Below the pieces are notes generated by a model that did not search any database, was not told the DNA's origin, and saw only the letters and a program-made list of their open reading frames with translations. The position numbers and the translations under genes were made by a program. From Eledone cirrhosa (taxonomy: Eukaryota): a stretch of 64,000 bases of DNA. Below are positions 26,936-41,025 of the stretch, piece by piece; positions within the stretch are counted from its first letter, which is position 1, and each line of letters starts with the position of its first letter. Location of the stretch: the NCBI GenBank assembly GCA_964016885.1, contig OZ024740.1, positions 251,658,001 to 251,722,000 on the forward strand, given 5' to 3'.

Positions 26936-27670
26936 GGGAAATTATCTCCCCTTGGACGGCTGGAAATTATCTCCCCTTGGACGGCTAGAAATTATCTCTC
27001 TTTGGACGGCTGCAAATTATCTCCCCTTGATTTTTTTTACAAATTATCTCCCCCTGATTTTTTTACAAATTATCCCCGCATGATTTTTAAAAAAAAAATT
27101 ATCTCCCCTTCGCTGGCTGGAAATTATCTCCCCTTGGACGCTGGAAATTATAGCCCCTTGGAGGGCTGGAAATTATCTTCCCTTGGACGGCTGGAAATTA
27201 TCTCCCCTTGATTTTTTTTACAAATTATCTCCCCCTGATTTTTTTTTACAAATTATCTCCCCCTGATTTTTTTTTACAAATTATCTCCCCCTGATTTTTT
27301 TTTTTACAAATTATCTCCGCCTGATTTTTAAAAAAAAATTATCTCCCCTTGGACGGCTGGAAATTATCTCCCCTTGGACGGCTGGAAATTATCTCCCCTT
27401 GGACGGCTAGAAATTACCTCTCCTTGGACGGCTGAAAATTATCTCCCCTTGGACGGCTGCAAATTATCTCCCCTTGATTTTTTTTACAAATTATCTCCCC
27501 CTGATTTTTTTTACAAATTATCTCCCCCTGATTTTTTTTACAAATTATCTCCCCCTGATTTTTTTTTACAAATTATCTCCCCCTGATTTTTTTTTACAAA
27601 TTATCTCCCCCTGATTTTTTTTACAAATTATCTCCCCCTGATTTTTTTTACAAATTATCTCCCCCTGATT

Positions 27671-30600
27671 TTTTTTTACAAATTATCTCCCCTTGATTTT
27701 TTTTTACAAATTATCTCCCCCTGATTTTTTTTTTACAAATTATCTCCCCCTGATTTTTTTACAAATTATCTCCCCCTGATTTTTTTTACAAATTATCTCC
27801 CCCTGATTTTTTTTACAAATTATCTCCCCTTGATTTTTTTCTACAAATTATCTCCCCCTGATTTTTTTTTTACAAATTATCTCCCCCTGATTTTTTTAAA
27901 AATTATCTTCCCTTGGCTGGCGGGAAATTATCTCCCCTTGGACGGCTGGAAATTATCTCCCCTTGGAAGGATGTAAATTATCTCCCCTTGGACGGCTGGA
28001 AATTATCTCCCCTTGCACGGCTGGAAATTATCTCCCCTTGATTTTTTTACAAATTATCTCCCCCTGATTTTTTTTTACAAATTATCTCCCCCTGATTTTT
28101 TTTTACAAATTATCTCCCCCTGATTTTTTTTACAAATTATCTCCCCCTGATTTAAAAAAAAAAAATTATCTCCCCTTCGCTGGCTGGAAATTATCTCCCC
28201 TTGGACGCTGGAAATTATAGCCCCTTGGAGGGCTGGAAATTATCTTCCCTTGGACGGCTGGAAATTATCTTCCCTTGGACGGCTGGAAATTATCTGCCCT
28301 TGATTTTTTTTACAAATTATCTCCCCCTGATTTTTTTTTACAAATTATCTCCCCCTGATTTTTTTTACAAATTATCTCCCCCTGATTTTTTTTACAATCT
28401 CCGCCTGATTTTTTAAAAAATTATCTTCCCTTGGCTGGCGGGAAATTATCTCCCCTTGGACGGCTGGAAATTATCTCCCCTTGGACGGCTAGAAATTATC
28501 TCTCTTTGGACGGCTGGAAATTATCTCCCCTTGATTTTTTTTACAAATTATCTCCCCCTGATTTTTTTTACAAATTATCCCCGCATGAGTTTTAAAAAAA
28601 AAATTATCTCCCCTTCGCTGGCTGGAAATTATCTCCCCTTGGACGCTGGAAATTATAGCCCCTTGGAGGGCTGAAAATTATCTTCCCTTGGACGGCTGGA
28701 AATTATCTCCCCTTAATTTTTTTTACAAATTATCTCCCCCTGATTTTTTTTTACAAATTATCTCCCCCTGATTTTTTTTTACAAATTATCTCCCCCTGAT
28801 TTTTTTTTTTACAAATTATCTCCGCCTGATTTTTAAAAAAAAATTATCTCCCCTTGGACGGCTGGAAATTATCTCCCCTTGGACGGCTGGAAATTATCTC
28901 CCCTTGGACGGCTAGAAATTACCTCTCCTTGGACGGCTGAAAATTATCTCCCCTTGGACGGCTGCAAATTATCTCCCCTTGATTTTTTTTACAAATTATC
29001 TCCCCCTGATTTTTTTTACAAATTATCTCCCCCTGATTTTTTTTACAAATTATCTCCCCCTGATTTTTTTTTACAAATTATCTCCCCCTGATTTTTTTTT
29101 ACAAATTATCTCCCCCTGATTTTTTTTACAAATTATCTCCCCCTGATTTTTTTTACAAATTATCTCCCCCTGATTTTTTTTTACAAATTATCTCCCCTTG
29201 ATTTTTTTTTACAAATTATCTGCCCCTGATTTTTTTTTTACAAATTATCTCCCCCTGATTTTTTTACAAATTATCTCCCCCTGATTTTTTTTACAAATTA
29301 TCTCCCCCTGATTTTTTTTACAAATTATCTCCCCTTGATTTTTTTTTACAAATTATCTCCCCTTGATTTTTTTTTACAAATTATCTCCCCCTGATTTTTT
29401 TTTTACAAATTATCTCCCCCTGATTTTTTTAAAAATTATCTTCCCTTGGCTGGCGGGAAATTATCTCCCCTTGGACGGCTGGAAATTATCTCCCCTTGGA
29501 AGGATGTAAATTATCTCCCCTTGGACGGCTGGAAATTATCTCCCCTTGCACGGCTGGAAATTATCTCCCCTTGATTTTTTTTACAAATTATCTCCCCCTG
29601 ATTTTTTTTTACAAATTATCTCCCCCTGATTTTTTTTTACAAATTATCTCCCCCTGATTTTTTTTACAAATTATCTCCCCCTGATTTTTAAAAAAAAAAT
29701 TATCTCCCCTTCGCTGGCTGGAAATTATCTCCCCTTGGACGCTGGAAATTATAGCCCCTTGGAGGGCTGGAAATTATCTTCCCTTGGACGGCTGGAAATT
29801 ATCTTCCCTTGGACGGCTGGAAATTATCTCCCCTTGATTTTTTTTACAAATTATCTCCCCCTGATTTTTTTTTACAAATTATCTCCCCCTGATTTTTTTT
29901 ACAAATTATCTACCCCTGATTTTTTTTACAAATTATCTCCCCCTGATTTTTTTTTACAAATTATCTCCCTCTGATTTTTTTTTACAAATTATCTCCCCCT
30001 GATTTTTTTTTTACAAATTATCTCCCCCTGATTTTTTTACAAATTATCTCCCCCTGATTTTTTTTACAATCTCCGCCTGATTTTTTAAAAAATTATCTCC
30101 CCTTCGCTGGCTGGAAATTATCTCCCCTTGGACGCTGGAAATTATAGCCCCTTGGAGGGCTGGAAATTATCTTCCCTTGGACGGCTGGAAATTATCTCCC
30201 CTTGATTTTTTTTACAAATTATCTCCCCCTGATTTTTTTTTACAAATTATCTCCCCCTGATTTTTTTTTACAAATTATCTCCCCCTGATTTTTTTTTTTA
30301 CAAATTATCTCCGCCTGATTTTTAAAAAAAAATTATCTCCCCTTGGACGGCTGGAAATTATCTCCCCTTGGACGGCTGGAAATTATCTCCCCTTGGACGG
30401 CTAGAAATTACCTCTCCTTGGACGGCTGAAAATTATCTCCCCTTGGACGGCTGCAAATTATCTCCCCTTGATTTTTTTTACAAATTATCTCCCCCTGATT
30501 TTTTTTACAAATTATCTCCCCCTGATTTTTTTTACAAATTATCTCCCCCTGATTTTTTTTTACAAATTATCTCCCCCTGATTTTTTTTTACAAATTATCT

Positions 30601-33600
30601 CCCCCTGATTTTTTTTACAAATTATCTCCCCCTGATTTTTTTTACAAATTATCTCCCCCTGATTTTTTTTTACAAATTATCTCCCCTTGATTTTTTTTTA
30701 CAAATTATCTCCCCCTGATTTTTTTTTTACAAATTATCTCCCCCTGATTTTTTTACAAATTATCTCCCCCTGATTTTTTTTACAAATTATCTCCCCCTGA
30801 TTTTTTTTACAAATTATCTCCCCTTGATTTTTTTTTACAAATTATCTCCCCCTGATTTTTTTTTTACAAATTATCTCCCCCTGATTTTTTTAAAAATTAT
30901 CTTCCCTTGGCTGGCGGGAAATTATCTCCCCTTGGACGGCTGGAAATTATCTCCCCTTGGAAGGATGTAAATTATCTCCCCTTGGACGGCTGGAAATTAT
31001 CTCCCCTTGCACGGCTGGAAATTATCTCCCCTTGATTTTTTTTACAAATTATCTCCCCCTGATTTTTTTTTACAAATTATCTCCCCCTGATTTTTTTTTA
31101 CAAATTATCTCCCCCTGATTTTTTTTACAAATTATCTCCCCCTGATTTAAAAAAAAAAAATTATCTCCCCTTCGCTGGCTGGAAATTATCTCCCCTTGGA
31201 CGCTGGAAATTATAGCCCCTTGGAGGGCTGGAAATTATCTTCCCTTGGACGGCTGGAAATTATCTTCCCTTGGACGGCTGGAAATTATCTCCCCTTGATT
31301 TTTTTTACAAATTATCTCCCCCTGATTTTTTTTTACAAATTATCTCCCCCTGATTTTTTTTTACAAATTATCTCCCCCTGATTTTTTTTTTACAAATTAT
31401 CTCCGCTTGATTTTTTAAAAAAAATTATCTCCCCTTGGACGGTTGGAAATTATCTCCCCTTGGACGGCTAGAAATTATCTCTCCTTGGACGGCTGAAAAT
31501 TATCTCCCCTTGGACGGCTGCAAATTATCTCCCCTTGATTTTTTTTACAAATTATCTCCCCCTGATTTTTTTTTACAAATTATCTCCCCCTGATTTTTTT
31601 TTACAAATTATCTCCCCTTGATTTTTTTTTACAAATTATCTCCCCCTGATTTTTTTTTTACAAATTATCTCCCCCTGATTTTTTTACAAATTATCTCCCC
31701 CTGATTTTTTTTACAAATTATCTCCCCCTGATTTTTTTTACAAATTATCTCCCCTTGATTTTTTTTTACAAATTATCTCCCCCTGATTTTTTTTTTACAA
31801 ATTATCTCCCCCTGATTTTTTTAAAAATTATCTTCCCTAGGCTGGCGGGAAATTATCTCCCCTTGGACGGCTGGAAATTATCTCCCCTTGGAAGGATGTA
31901 AATTATCTCCCCTTGGACGGCTGGAAATTATCTCCCCTTGCACGGCTGGAAATTATCTCCCCTTGATTTTTTTTACAAATTATCTCCCCCTGATTTTTTT
32001 TTACAAATTATCTCCCCCTGATTTTTTTTTACAAATTATCTCACCCTGATTTTTTTTACAAATTATCTCCCCCTGATTTAAAAAAAAAAAATTATCTCCC
32101 GTTCGCTGGCTGGAAATTATCTCCCCTTGGACGCTGGAAATTATAGCCCCTTGGAGGGCTGGAAATTATCTTCCCTTGGACGGCTGGAAATTATCTTCCC
32201 TTGGACGGCTGGAAATTATCTCCCCTTGATTTTTTTTTCCAAATTATCTCCCCCTGATTTTTTTTTACAAATTATCTCCCCCTGATTTTTTTTTACAAAT
32301 TATCTCCCCCTGATTTTTTTTTTACAAATTATCTCCGCTTGATTTTTTAAAAAAAATTATCTCCCCTTGGACGGCTGGAAATTATCTCCCCTTGGACGGC
32401 TGGAAATTATCTCCCCTTGGACGGCTAGAAATTATCTCTCCTTGGACGGCTGAAAATTATCTCCCCTTGGACGGCTGCAAATTATCTCCCCTTTATTTTT
32501 TTTACAAATTATCTCCCCCTGATTTTTTTTTACAAATTATCTCCCCCTCATTTTTTTACAAATTATCTACCCCTGATTTTTTTTACAAATTATCTCCCCC
32601 TGATTTTTTTTTACAAATTATCTCCCTCTGATTTTTTTTACAAATTATCTCCCCCTGATTTTTTTTTTACAAATTATCTCCCCCTGATTTTTTTAAAAAT
32701 TATCTCCCCCTGATTTTTTTACAATCTCCGCCTGATTTTTTTAAAAATTATCTTCCCTTGGCTGGCGGGAAATTATCTCCCCTTGGACGGCTGGAAATTA
32801 TCTCCCCTTGGAAGGATGGAAATTATCTCCCCTTGGACGGCTGGATATTATCTCCCCTTGCACGGCTGGAAATTATCTCCCCTTGGCTGGAAATTATCTC
32901 CCCTTGGACGGCTAGAAATTATCTCTCTTTGGACGGCTGGAAATTATCTCCCTTTGATTTTTTTTACAAATTATCTCCCTCTGATATTTTTTACAAATCT
33001 CCCCCTGATTTTTTAAAAAAAATTATCTCCCCTTCGCTGGCTGGAAATTATCTCCCCTTGGACACTGGAAATTATAGCCCCTTGGAGGGCTGGAAATTAT
33101 CTTCCCTTGGACGGCTGGAAATTATCTCCCCTTGATTTTTTTTACAAATTATCTCCGCCTGATTTTTTTTAAAAATTATCTCTCCTTGGACGGCTGGAAA
33201 TTATCTCCCCTTGATTTTTTTTACAAATTATCTCCCCCTGATTTTTTTTACAAATTATCTACCACTGATTTTTTTTACAAATTATCTCCCCCTGATTTTT
33301 TTTACAAATTATCTCCCCCTGATTTTTCTTTTACAAATTATCTCCCCCTGATTTTTTTACAAATTATCTCCCCCTGATTTTTTTTACAAATTATCTCCGC
33401 CTGATTTTTTTAAATATTATCTTCCCTTGGCTGGCGGGAAATTATCTCCCCTTGGACGGCTGGAAATTATCTGCCCTTGATTTTGTTTTTACAAATTATC
33501 TTCCACTGATTTTTTTTACAAATTATCTCCACCTGATTTTTTAAAAAATTATCTCCCCTTGGAAGGCTGGAAATTATCTCCCCTTGGACGGCTAGAAATT

Positions 33601-36600
33601 ATCTCTCTTTGGACGGCTGGAAATTATCTCCCCTTGATTTTTTTTACAAATTATCTCCCCCTGATTTTTTTTACAAATATCCCAGTGATTTTTTTTAAAA
33701 AATTATCTCCCCTTCGCTGGCTGGAAATTATCTCCCCTTGGACGCTGGAAATTATAGCCCCTTGGAGGGCTGGAAATTATCTTCCCTTGGACGGCTGGAA
33801 ATTATCTCCCCTTGATTTTTTTTACAAATTATCTCCCCCTGATTTTTTTTTACAAATTATCTCCCCCTGATTTTTTTTTACAAATTATCTCCCCCTGATT
33901 TTTTTTACAACTTATCTCCGCCTGATTTTTTTTAAAAAATCATCTCCCCTTGGACGGCTGGAAATTATCTCCCCTTGGACGGCTGGAAATTATCTCTCCT
34001 TGGACGGCTAGAAATTACTTCTCCTTGGACAATTGAAAATTATCTCCCCTTGGACGGCTGGAAATTATCTCCCCTTGATTTTTTTTACAAATTATCTCCC
34101 CCTGATTTTTTTTACAAATTATCTCCCCTGATTTTTTTTTACAAATTATCTCCCCCTGATTTTTTTTTACAAATTATCTCCCCCTGATTTTTTTTACAAA
34201 TTATCTCCCCCTGATTTTTTTACAAATTATCTCCCCTTGGCTGGCTGGAAATTATCTCCCCTTGGAGGCAGGAATTTATCTCCCCTTGGACGGCTAGAAA
34301 TTACCTCTCCTTGGACGGCTGGAAAATATGTCTCCTTGGACGGCTGGAAATTATCTCCCCTTGGACGGCTGGAAATTATCTCCCCTTGGACGGCTGGAAA
34401 TTATCTCCCCTTGGACGGCTAGAAATTACCTCTCCTTGGACGGCTGAAAATTATCTCCCCTTGGACGGCTGGAAATTATCTCCCCTTGATTTTTTTACAA
34501 ATTATCTCCCCCTGATTTTTTTTTACAAATTATCTCCCCCTGATTTTTTTTACAAATTATCTCCCCCTGATTTTTTTTACAAATTATCTCCCCCTGATTT
34601 TTTTTACAAATTATCTCCGCCTGATTTTTTTAAATATTATCTCTCCTTGGCTGGCGGGAAATTATCTCCCCTTGGACGGCTGCAAATTATCTCCGCTTGA
34701 TTTTTTTTACAAATTATCTCCCCCTGATTTTTTTTTACAAATTATCTCCCCCTGATTTTTTTTACAAATTATCTCCCCCTGATTTTTTTTACAAATTATC
34801 TCCCCCTGATTTTTTTTTACAAATTATCTCCCCTTGATTTTTTTTTACAAATTATCTCCCCCTGATTTTTTTTTTACAAATTATCTCCCCCTGATTTTTT
34901 TACAAATTATCTCCCCCTGATTTTTTTTACAAATTATCTCCCCCTGATTTTTTTTACAAATTATCTCCCCTTGATTTTTTTTTACAAATTATCTCCCCCT
35001 GATTTTTTTTTTACAAATTATCTCCCCCTGATTTTTTTAAAAATTATCTTCCCTTGGCTGGCGGGAAATTATCTCCCCTTGGACGGCTGGAAATTATCTC
35101 CCCTTGGAAGGATGTAAATTATCTCCCCTTGGACGGCTGGAAATTATCTCCCCTTGCACGGCTGGAAATTATCTCCCCTTGATTTTTTTTACAAATTATC
35201 TCCCCCTGATTTTTTTTTACAAATTATCTCCCCCTGATTTTTTTTTACAAATTATCTCCCCCTGATTTTTTTTACAAATTATCTCCCCCTGATTTTTAAA
35301 AAAAAAATTATCTCCCCTTCGCTGGCTGGAAATTATCTCCCCTTGGACGCTGGAAATTATAGCCCCTTGGAGGGCTGGAAATTATCTTCCCTTGGACGGC
35401 TGGAAATTATCTTCCCTTGGACGGCTGGAAATTATCTCCCCTTGATTTTTTTTACAAATTATCTCCCCCTGATTTTTTTTTACAAATTATCTCCCCCTGA
35501 TTTTTTTTTACAAATTATCTCCCCCTGATTTTTTTTTTACAAATTATCTCCGCTTGATTTTTTAAAAAAAATTATCTCCCCTTGGACGGCTGGAAATTAT
35601 CTCCCCGTGGACGGCTGGAAATTATCTCCCCTTGGACGGCTAGAAATTATCTCTCCTTGGACGGCTGAAAATTATCTCCCCTTGGACGGCTGCAAATTAT
35701 CTCCCCTTGATTTTTTTTACAAATTATCTCCCCCTGATTTTTTTTTACAAATTATCTCCCCCTGATTTTTTTTACAAATTATCTACCCCTGATTTTTTTT
35801 ACAAATTATCTCTCCCTGATTTTTTTTACAAATTATCTCCCTCTGATTTTTTTTTACAAATTATCTCCCCCTGATTTTTTTTTACAAATTATCTCCCCCT
35901 GATTTTTTTACAAATTATCTCCCCCTGATTTTTTTTACAATCTCCGCCTGATTTTTTAAAAAATTATCTTCCCTTGGCTGGCGGGAAATTATCTCCCCTT
36001 GGACGGCTGGAAATTATCTCCCCTTGGACGGCTAGAAATTATCTCTCTTTGGACGGCTGGAAATTATCTCCCCTTGATTTTTTTTACAAATTATCTCCCC
36101 CTGATTTTTTTTACAAATTATCCCCGCATGATTTAAAAAAAAAAAATTATCTCCCCTTCGCTGGCTGGAAATTATCTCCCCTTGGACGCTGGAAATTATA
36201 GCCCCTTGGAGGGCTGGAAATTATCTTCCCTTGGACGGCTGGAAATTATCTCCCCTTGATTTTTTTTACAAATTATCTCCCCCTGATTTTTTTTTACAAA
36301 TTATCTCCCCCTGATTTTTTTTTACAAATTATCTCCCCCTGATTTTTTTTTTACAAATTATCTCCGCTTGATTTTTTAAAAAAAATTATCTCCCCTTGGA
36401 CGGCTGGAAATTATCTCCCCTTGGACGGCTGGAAATTATCTCTCCTTGGACGGCTAGAAATTATCTCTCCTTGGACGGCTGAAAATTATCTCCCCTTGGA
36501 CGGCTGCAAATTATCTCCCCTTGATTTTTTTTACAAATTATCTCCCCCTGATTTTTTTTTACAAATTATCTCCCCCTGATTTTTTTTTACAAATTATCTC

Positions 36601-39600
36601 CCCTTGATTTTTTTTTACAAATTATCTCCCCCTGATTTTTTTTTTACAAATTATCTCCCCCTGATTTTTTTACAAATTATCTCCCCCTGATTTTTTTTAC
36701 AAATTATCTCCCCCTGATTTTTTTTACAAATTATCTCCCCTTGATTTTTTTTTACAAATTATCTCCCCCTGATTTTTTTTTTACAAATTATCTCCCCCTG
36801 ATTTTTTTAAAAATTATCTTCCCTTGGCTGGCGGGAAATTATCTCCCCTTGGACGGCTGGAAATTATCTCCCCTTGGAAGGATGTAAATTATCTCCCCTT
36901 GGACGGCTGGAAATTATCTCCCTTGCACGGCTGGAAATTATCTCCCCTTGATTTTTTTTACAAATTATCTCCCCCTGATTTTTTTTTACAAATTATCTCC
37001 CCCTGATTTTTTTTTACAAATTATCTCCCCCTGATTTTTTTTACAAATTATCTCCCCCTGATTTTAAAAAAAAAAATTATCTCCCCTTCGCTGGCTGGAA
37101 ATTATCTCCCCTTGGACGCTGGAAATTATAGCCCCTTGGAGGGCTGGAAATTATCTTCCCTTGGACGGCTGGAAATTATCTTCCCTTGGACGGCTGGAAA
37201 TTATCTCCCCTTGATTTTTTTTACAAATTATCTCCCCCTGATTTTTTTTTACAAATTATCTCCCCCTGATTTTTTTTTACAAATTATCTCCCCCTGATTT
37301 TTTTTTTACAAATTATCTCCGCTTGATTTTTTAAAAAAAATTATCTCCCCTTGGACGGCTGGAAATTATCTCCCCTTGGACGGCTGGAAATTATCTCCCC
37401 TTGGACGGCTAGAAATTATCTCTCCTTGGACGGCTGAAAATTATCTCCCCTTGGACGGCTGCAAATTATCTCCCCTTGATTTTTTTTACAAATTATCTCC
37501 CCCTGATTTTTTTTTACAAATTATCTCCCCCTGATTTTTTTTTACAAATTATCTACCCCTGATTTTTTTTACAAATTATCTCCCCCTGATTTTTTTTACA
37601 AATTATCTCCCCCTGATTTTTCTTTTACAAATTATCTCCCCCTGATTTTTTTACAAATTATCTCCCCCTGATTTTTTTTACAAATTATCTCCGCCTGATT
37701 TTTTTAAATATTATCTTCCCTTGGCTGGCGGGAAATTATCTCCCCTTGGACGGCTGGAAATTATCTGCCCTTGATTTTGTTTTTACAAATTATCTTCCAC
37801 TGATTTTTTTTACAAATTATCTCCACCTGATTTTTTAAAAAATTATCTCCCCTTGGAAGGCTGGAAATTATCTCCCCTTGGACGGCTAGAAATTATCTCT
37901 CTTTGGACGGCTGGAAATTATCTCCCCTTGATTTTTTTTACAAATTATCTCCCCCTGATTTTCTTTACAAATATCCCAGTGATTTTTTTTAAAAAATTAT
38001 CTCCCCTTCGCTGGCTGGAAATTATCTCCCCTTGGACGCTGGAAATTATAGCCCCTTGGAGGGCTGGAAATTATCTTCCCTTGGACGGCTGGAAATTATC
38101 TCCCCTTGATTTTTTTTACAAATTATCTCCCCCTGATTTTTTTTTACAAATTATCTCCCCCTGATTTTTTTTTACAAATTATCTCCCCCTGATTTTTTTT
38201 TACAACTTATCTCCGCCTGATTTTTTTTAAAAAATCATCTCCCCTTGGACGGCTGGAAATTATCTCCCCTTGGACGGCTGGAAATTATCTCTCCTTGGAC
38301 GGCTAGAAATTACCTCTCCTTGGACGGCTGAAAATTATCTCCCCTTGGACGGCTGGAAATTATCTCCCCTTGATTTTTTTACAAATTATCTTCCCCTGAT
38401 TTTTTTTACAAATTATCTCCCCTGATTTTTTTTACAAATTATCTCCCCCTGATTTTTTTTTACAAATTATCTCCCCCTGATTTTTTTTACAAATTATCTC
38501 CCCCTGATTTTTTTACAAATTATCTCCCCTTGGCTGGCTGGAAATTATCTCCCCTTGGAGGCAGGAATTTATCTCCCCTTGGACGGCTAGAAATTACCTC
38601 TCCTTGGACGGCTGGAAAATATGTCTCCTTGGACGGCTGGAAATTATCTCCCCTTGGACGGCTGGAAATTATCTCCCCTTGGACGGCTGGAAATTATCTC
38701 CCCTTGGACGGCTAGAAATTACCTCTCCTTGGACGGCTGAAAATTATCTCCCCTTGGACGGCTGGAAATTATCTCCCCTTGATTTTTTTACAAATTATCT
38801 CCCCCTGATTTTTTTTTACAAATTATCTCCCCCTGATTTTTTTTTACAAATTATCTCCCACTGATTTTTTTTTACAAATTATCTCCCCCTGATTTTTTTT
38901 TACAAATTATCTCCGCCTGATTTTTTTAAAAAAATTGTCTCCCCTTGGACGGCTGGAAATTATCTCCCCTTGGACGGCTGGAAATTATCTCCCCTTGGAC
39001 GGCTAGAAATTACCTCTCCTTGGACGGCTGAAAATTATCTCCCCTTGGACGGCTGCAAATTATCTCCCCTTGATTTTTTTTACAAATTATCTCCCCTGAT
39101 TTTTTTTACAAATTATCTCCCCCTGATTTTTTTTACAAATTATCTCCCCCTGATTTTTAAAAAAAAAATTATCTCCCCTTCGCTGGCTGGAAATTATCTC
39201 CCCTTGGACGCTGGAAATTATAGCCCCTTGGAGGGCTGGAAATTATCTTCCCTTGGACGGCTGGAAATTATCTTCCCTTGGACGGCTGGAAATTATCTCC
39301 CCTTGATTTTTTTTACAAATTATCTCCCCCTGATTTTTTTTTACAAATTATCTCCCCCTGATTTTTTTTTACAAATTATCTCCCCCTGATTTTTTTTTTA
39401 CAAATTATCTCCGCTTGATTTTTTAAAAAAAATTATCTCCCCTTGGACGGCTGGAAATTATCTCCCCTTGGACGGCTGGAAATTATCTCCCCTTGGACGG
39501 CTAGAAATTATCTCTCCTTGGACGGCTGAAAATTATCTCCCCTTGGACGGCTGCAAATTATCTCCCCTTGATTTTTTTTACAAATTATCTCCCCCTGATT

Positions 39601-41025
39601 TTTTTTTACAAATTATCTCCCCCTGATTTTTTTTTACAAATTATCTACCCCTGATTTTTTTTACAAATTATCTCCCCCTGATTTTTTTTACAAATTATCT
39701 CCCCCTGATTTTTCTTTTACAAATTATCTCCCCCTGATTTTTTTACAAATTATCTCCCCCTGATTTTTTTTACAAATTATCTCCGCCTGATTTTTTTAAA
39801 TATTATCTTCCCTTGGCTGGCGGGAAATTATCTCCCCTTGGACGGCTGGAAATTATCTGCCCTTGATTTTTCTTTTACAAATTATCTTCCACTGATTTTT
39901 TATACAAATTATCTCCACCTGATTTTTTAAAAAATTATCTCCCCTTGGAAGGCTGGAAATTATCTCCCCTTGGACGGCTAGAAATTATCTCTCTTTGGAC
40001 GGCTGGAAATTATCTCCCCTTGATTTTTTTTACAAATTATCTCCCCCTGATTTTCTTTACAAATATCCCAGTGATTTTTTTTAAAAAATTATCTCCCCTT
40101 CGCTGGCTGGAAATTATCTCCCCTTGGACGCTGGAAATTATAGCCCCTTGGAGGGCTGGAAATTATCTTCCCTTGGACGGCTGGAAATTATCTCCCCTTG
40201 ATTTTTTTTACAAATTATCTCCCCCTGATTTTTTTTTACAAATTATCTCCCCCTGATTTTTTTTACAAATTATCTCCCCCTGATTTTTTTTTACAACTTA
40301 TCTCCGCCTGATTTTTTTTAAAAAATCATCTCCCCTTGGACGGCTGGAAATTATCTCCCCTTGGACGGCTGGAAATTATCTCCCCTTGGACGGCTGGAAA
40401 TTATCTCTCCTTGGACGGCTAGAAATTACCTCTCCTTGGACGGCTGAAAATTATCTCCCCTTGGACGGCTGGAAATTATCTCCCCTTGATTTTTTTTACA
40501 AATTATCTCCCCCTGATTTTTTTGTACAAATTATCTCCCCCTGATTTTTTTTACAAATTATCTCCCCCTGATTTTTTTACAAATTATCTCCCCTTGGCTG
40601 GCTGGAAATTATCTCCCCTTGGAGGCAGGAATTTATCTCCCCTTGGACGGCTAGAAATTACCTCTCCTTGGACGGCTGGAAAATATGTCTCCTTGGACGG
40701 CTGGAAATTATCTCCCCTTGGACGGCTGGAAATTATCTCCCCTTGGACGGCTGGAAATTATCTCCCCTTGGACGGCTAGAAATTACCTCTCCTTGGACGG
40801 CTGAAAATTATCTCCCCTTGGACGGCTGGAAATTATCTCCCCTTGATTTTTTTACAAATTATCTCCCCCTGATTTTTTTTTACAAATTATCTCCCCCTGA
40901 TTTTTTTTTACAAATTATCTCCCACTGATTTTTTTTTACAAATTATCTCCCCCTGATTTTTTTTTTACAAATTATCTCCGCCTGATTTTTTTAAAAAAAT
41001 TATCTCCCCTTGGACGGCTGGAAAT
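27671..41025 (+). repeat. About 13.3-kb near-identical copy of window 1-13,305 (offset about 27.7 kb)
   Basis: Matching ORFs sit at offset 27669 (532/28201, 3527/31196), 27698 (4694/32392, 7645/35343), 27695 (12250/39945) and 27720 (12948/40668). Rare variants such as CCCTAGG, GGACGGTTGG and GGATATTATC are shared. Confidence 0.93.
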
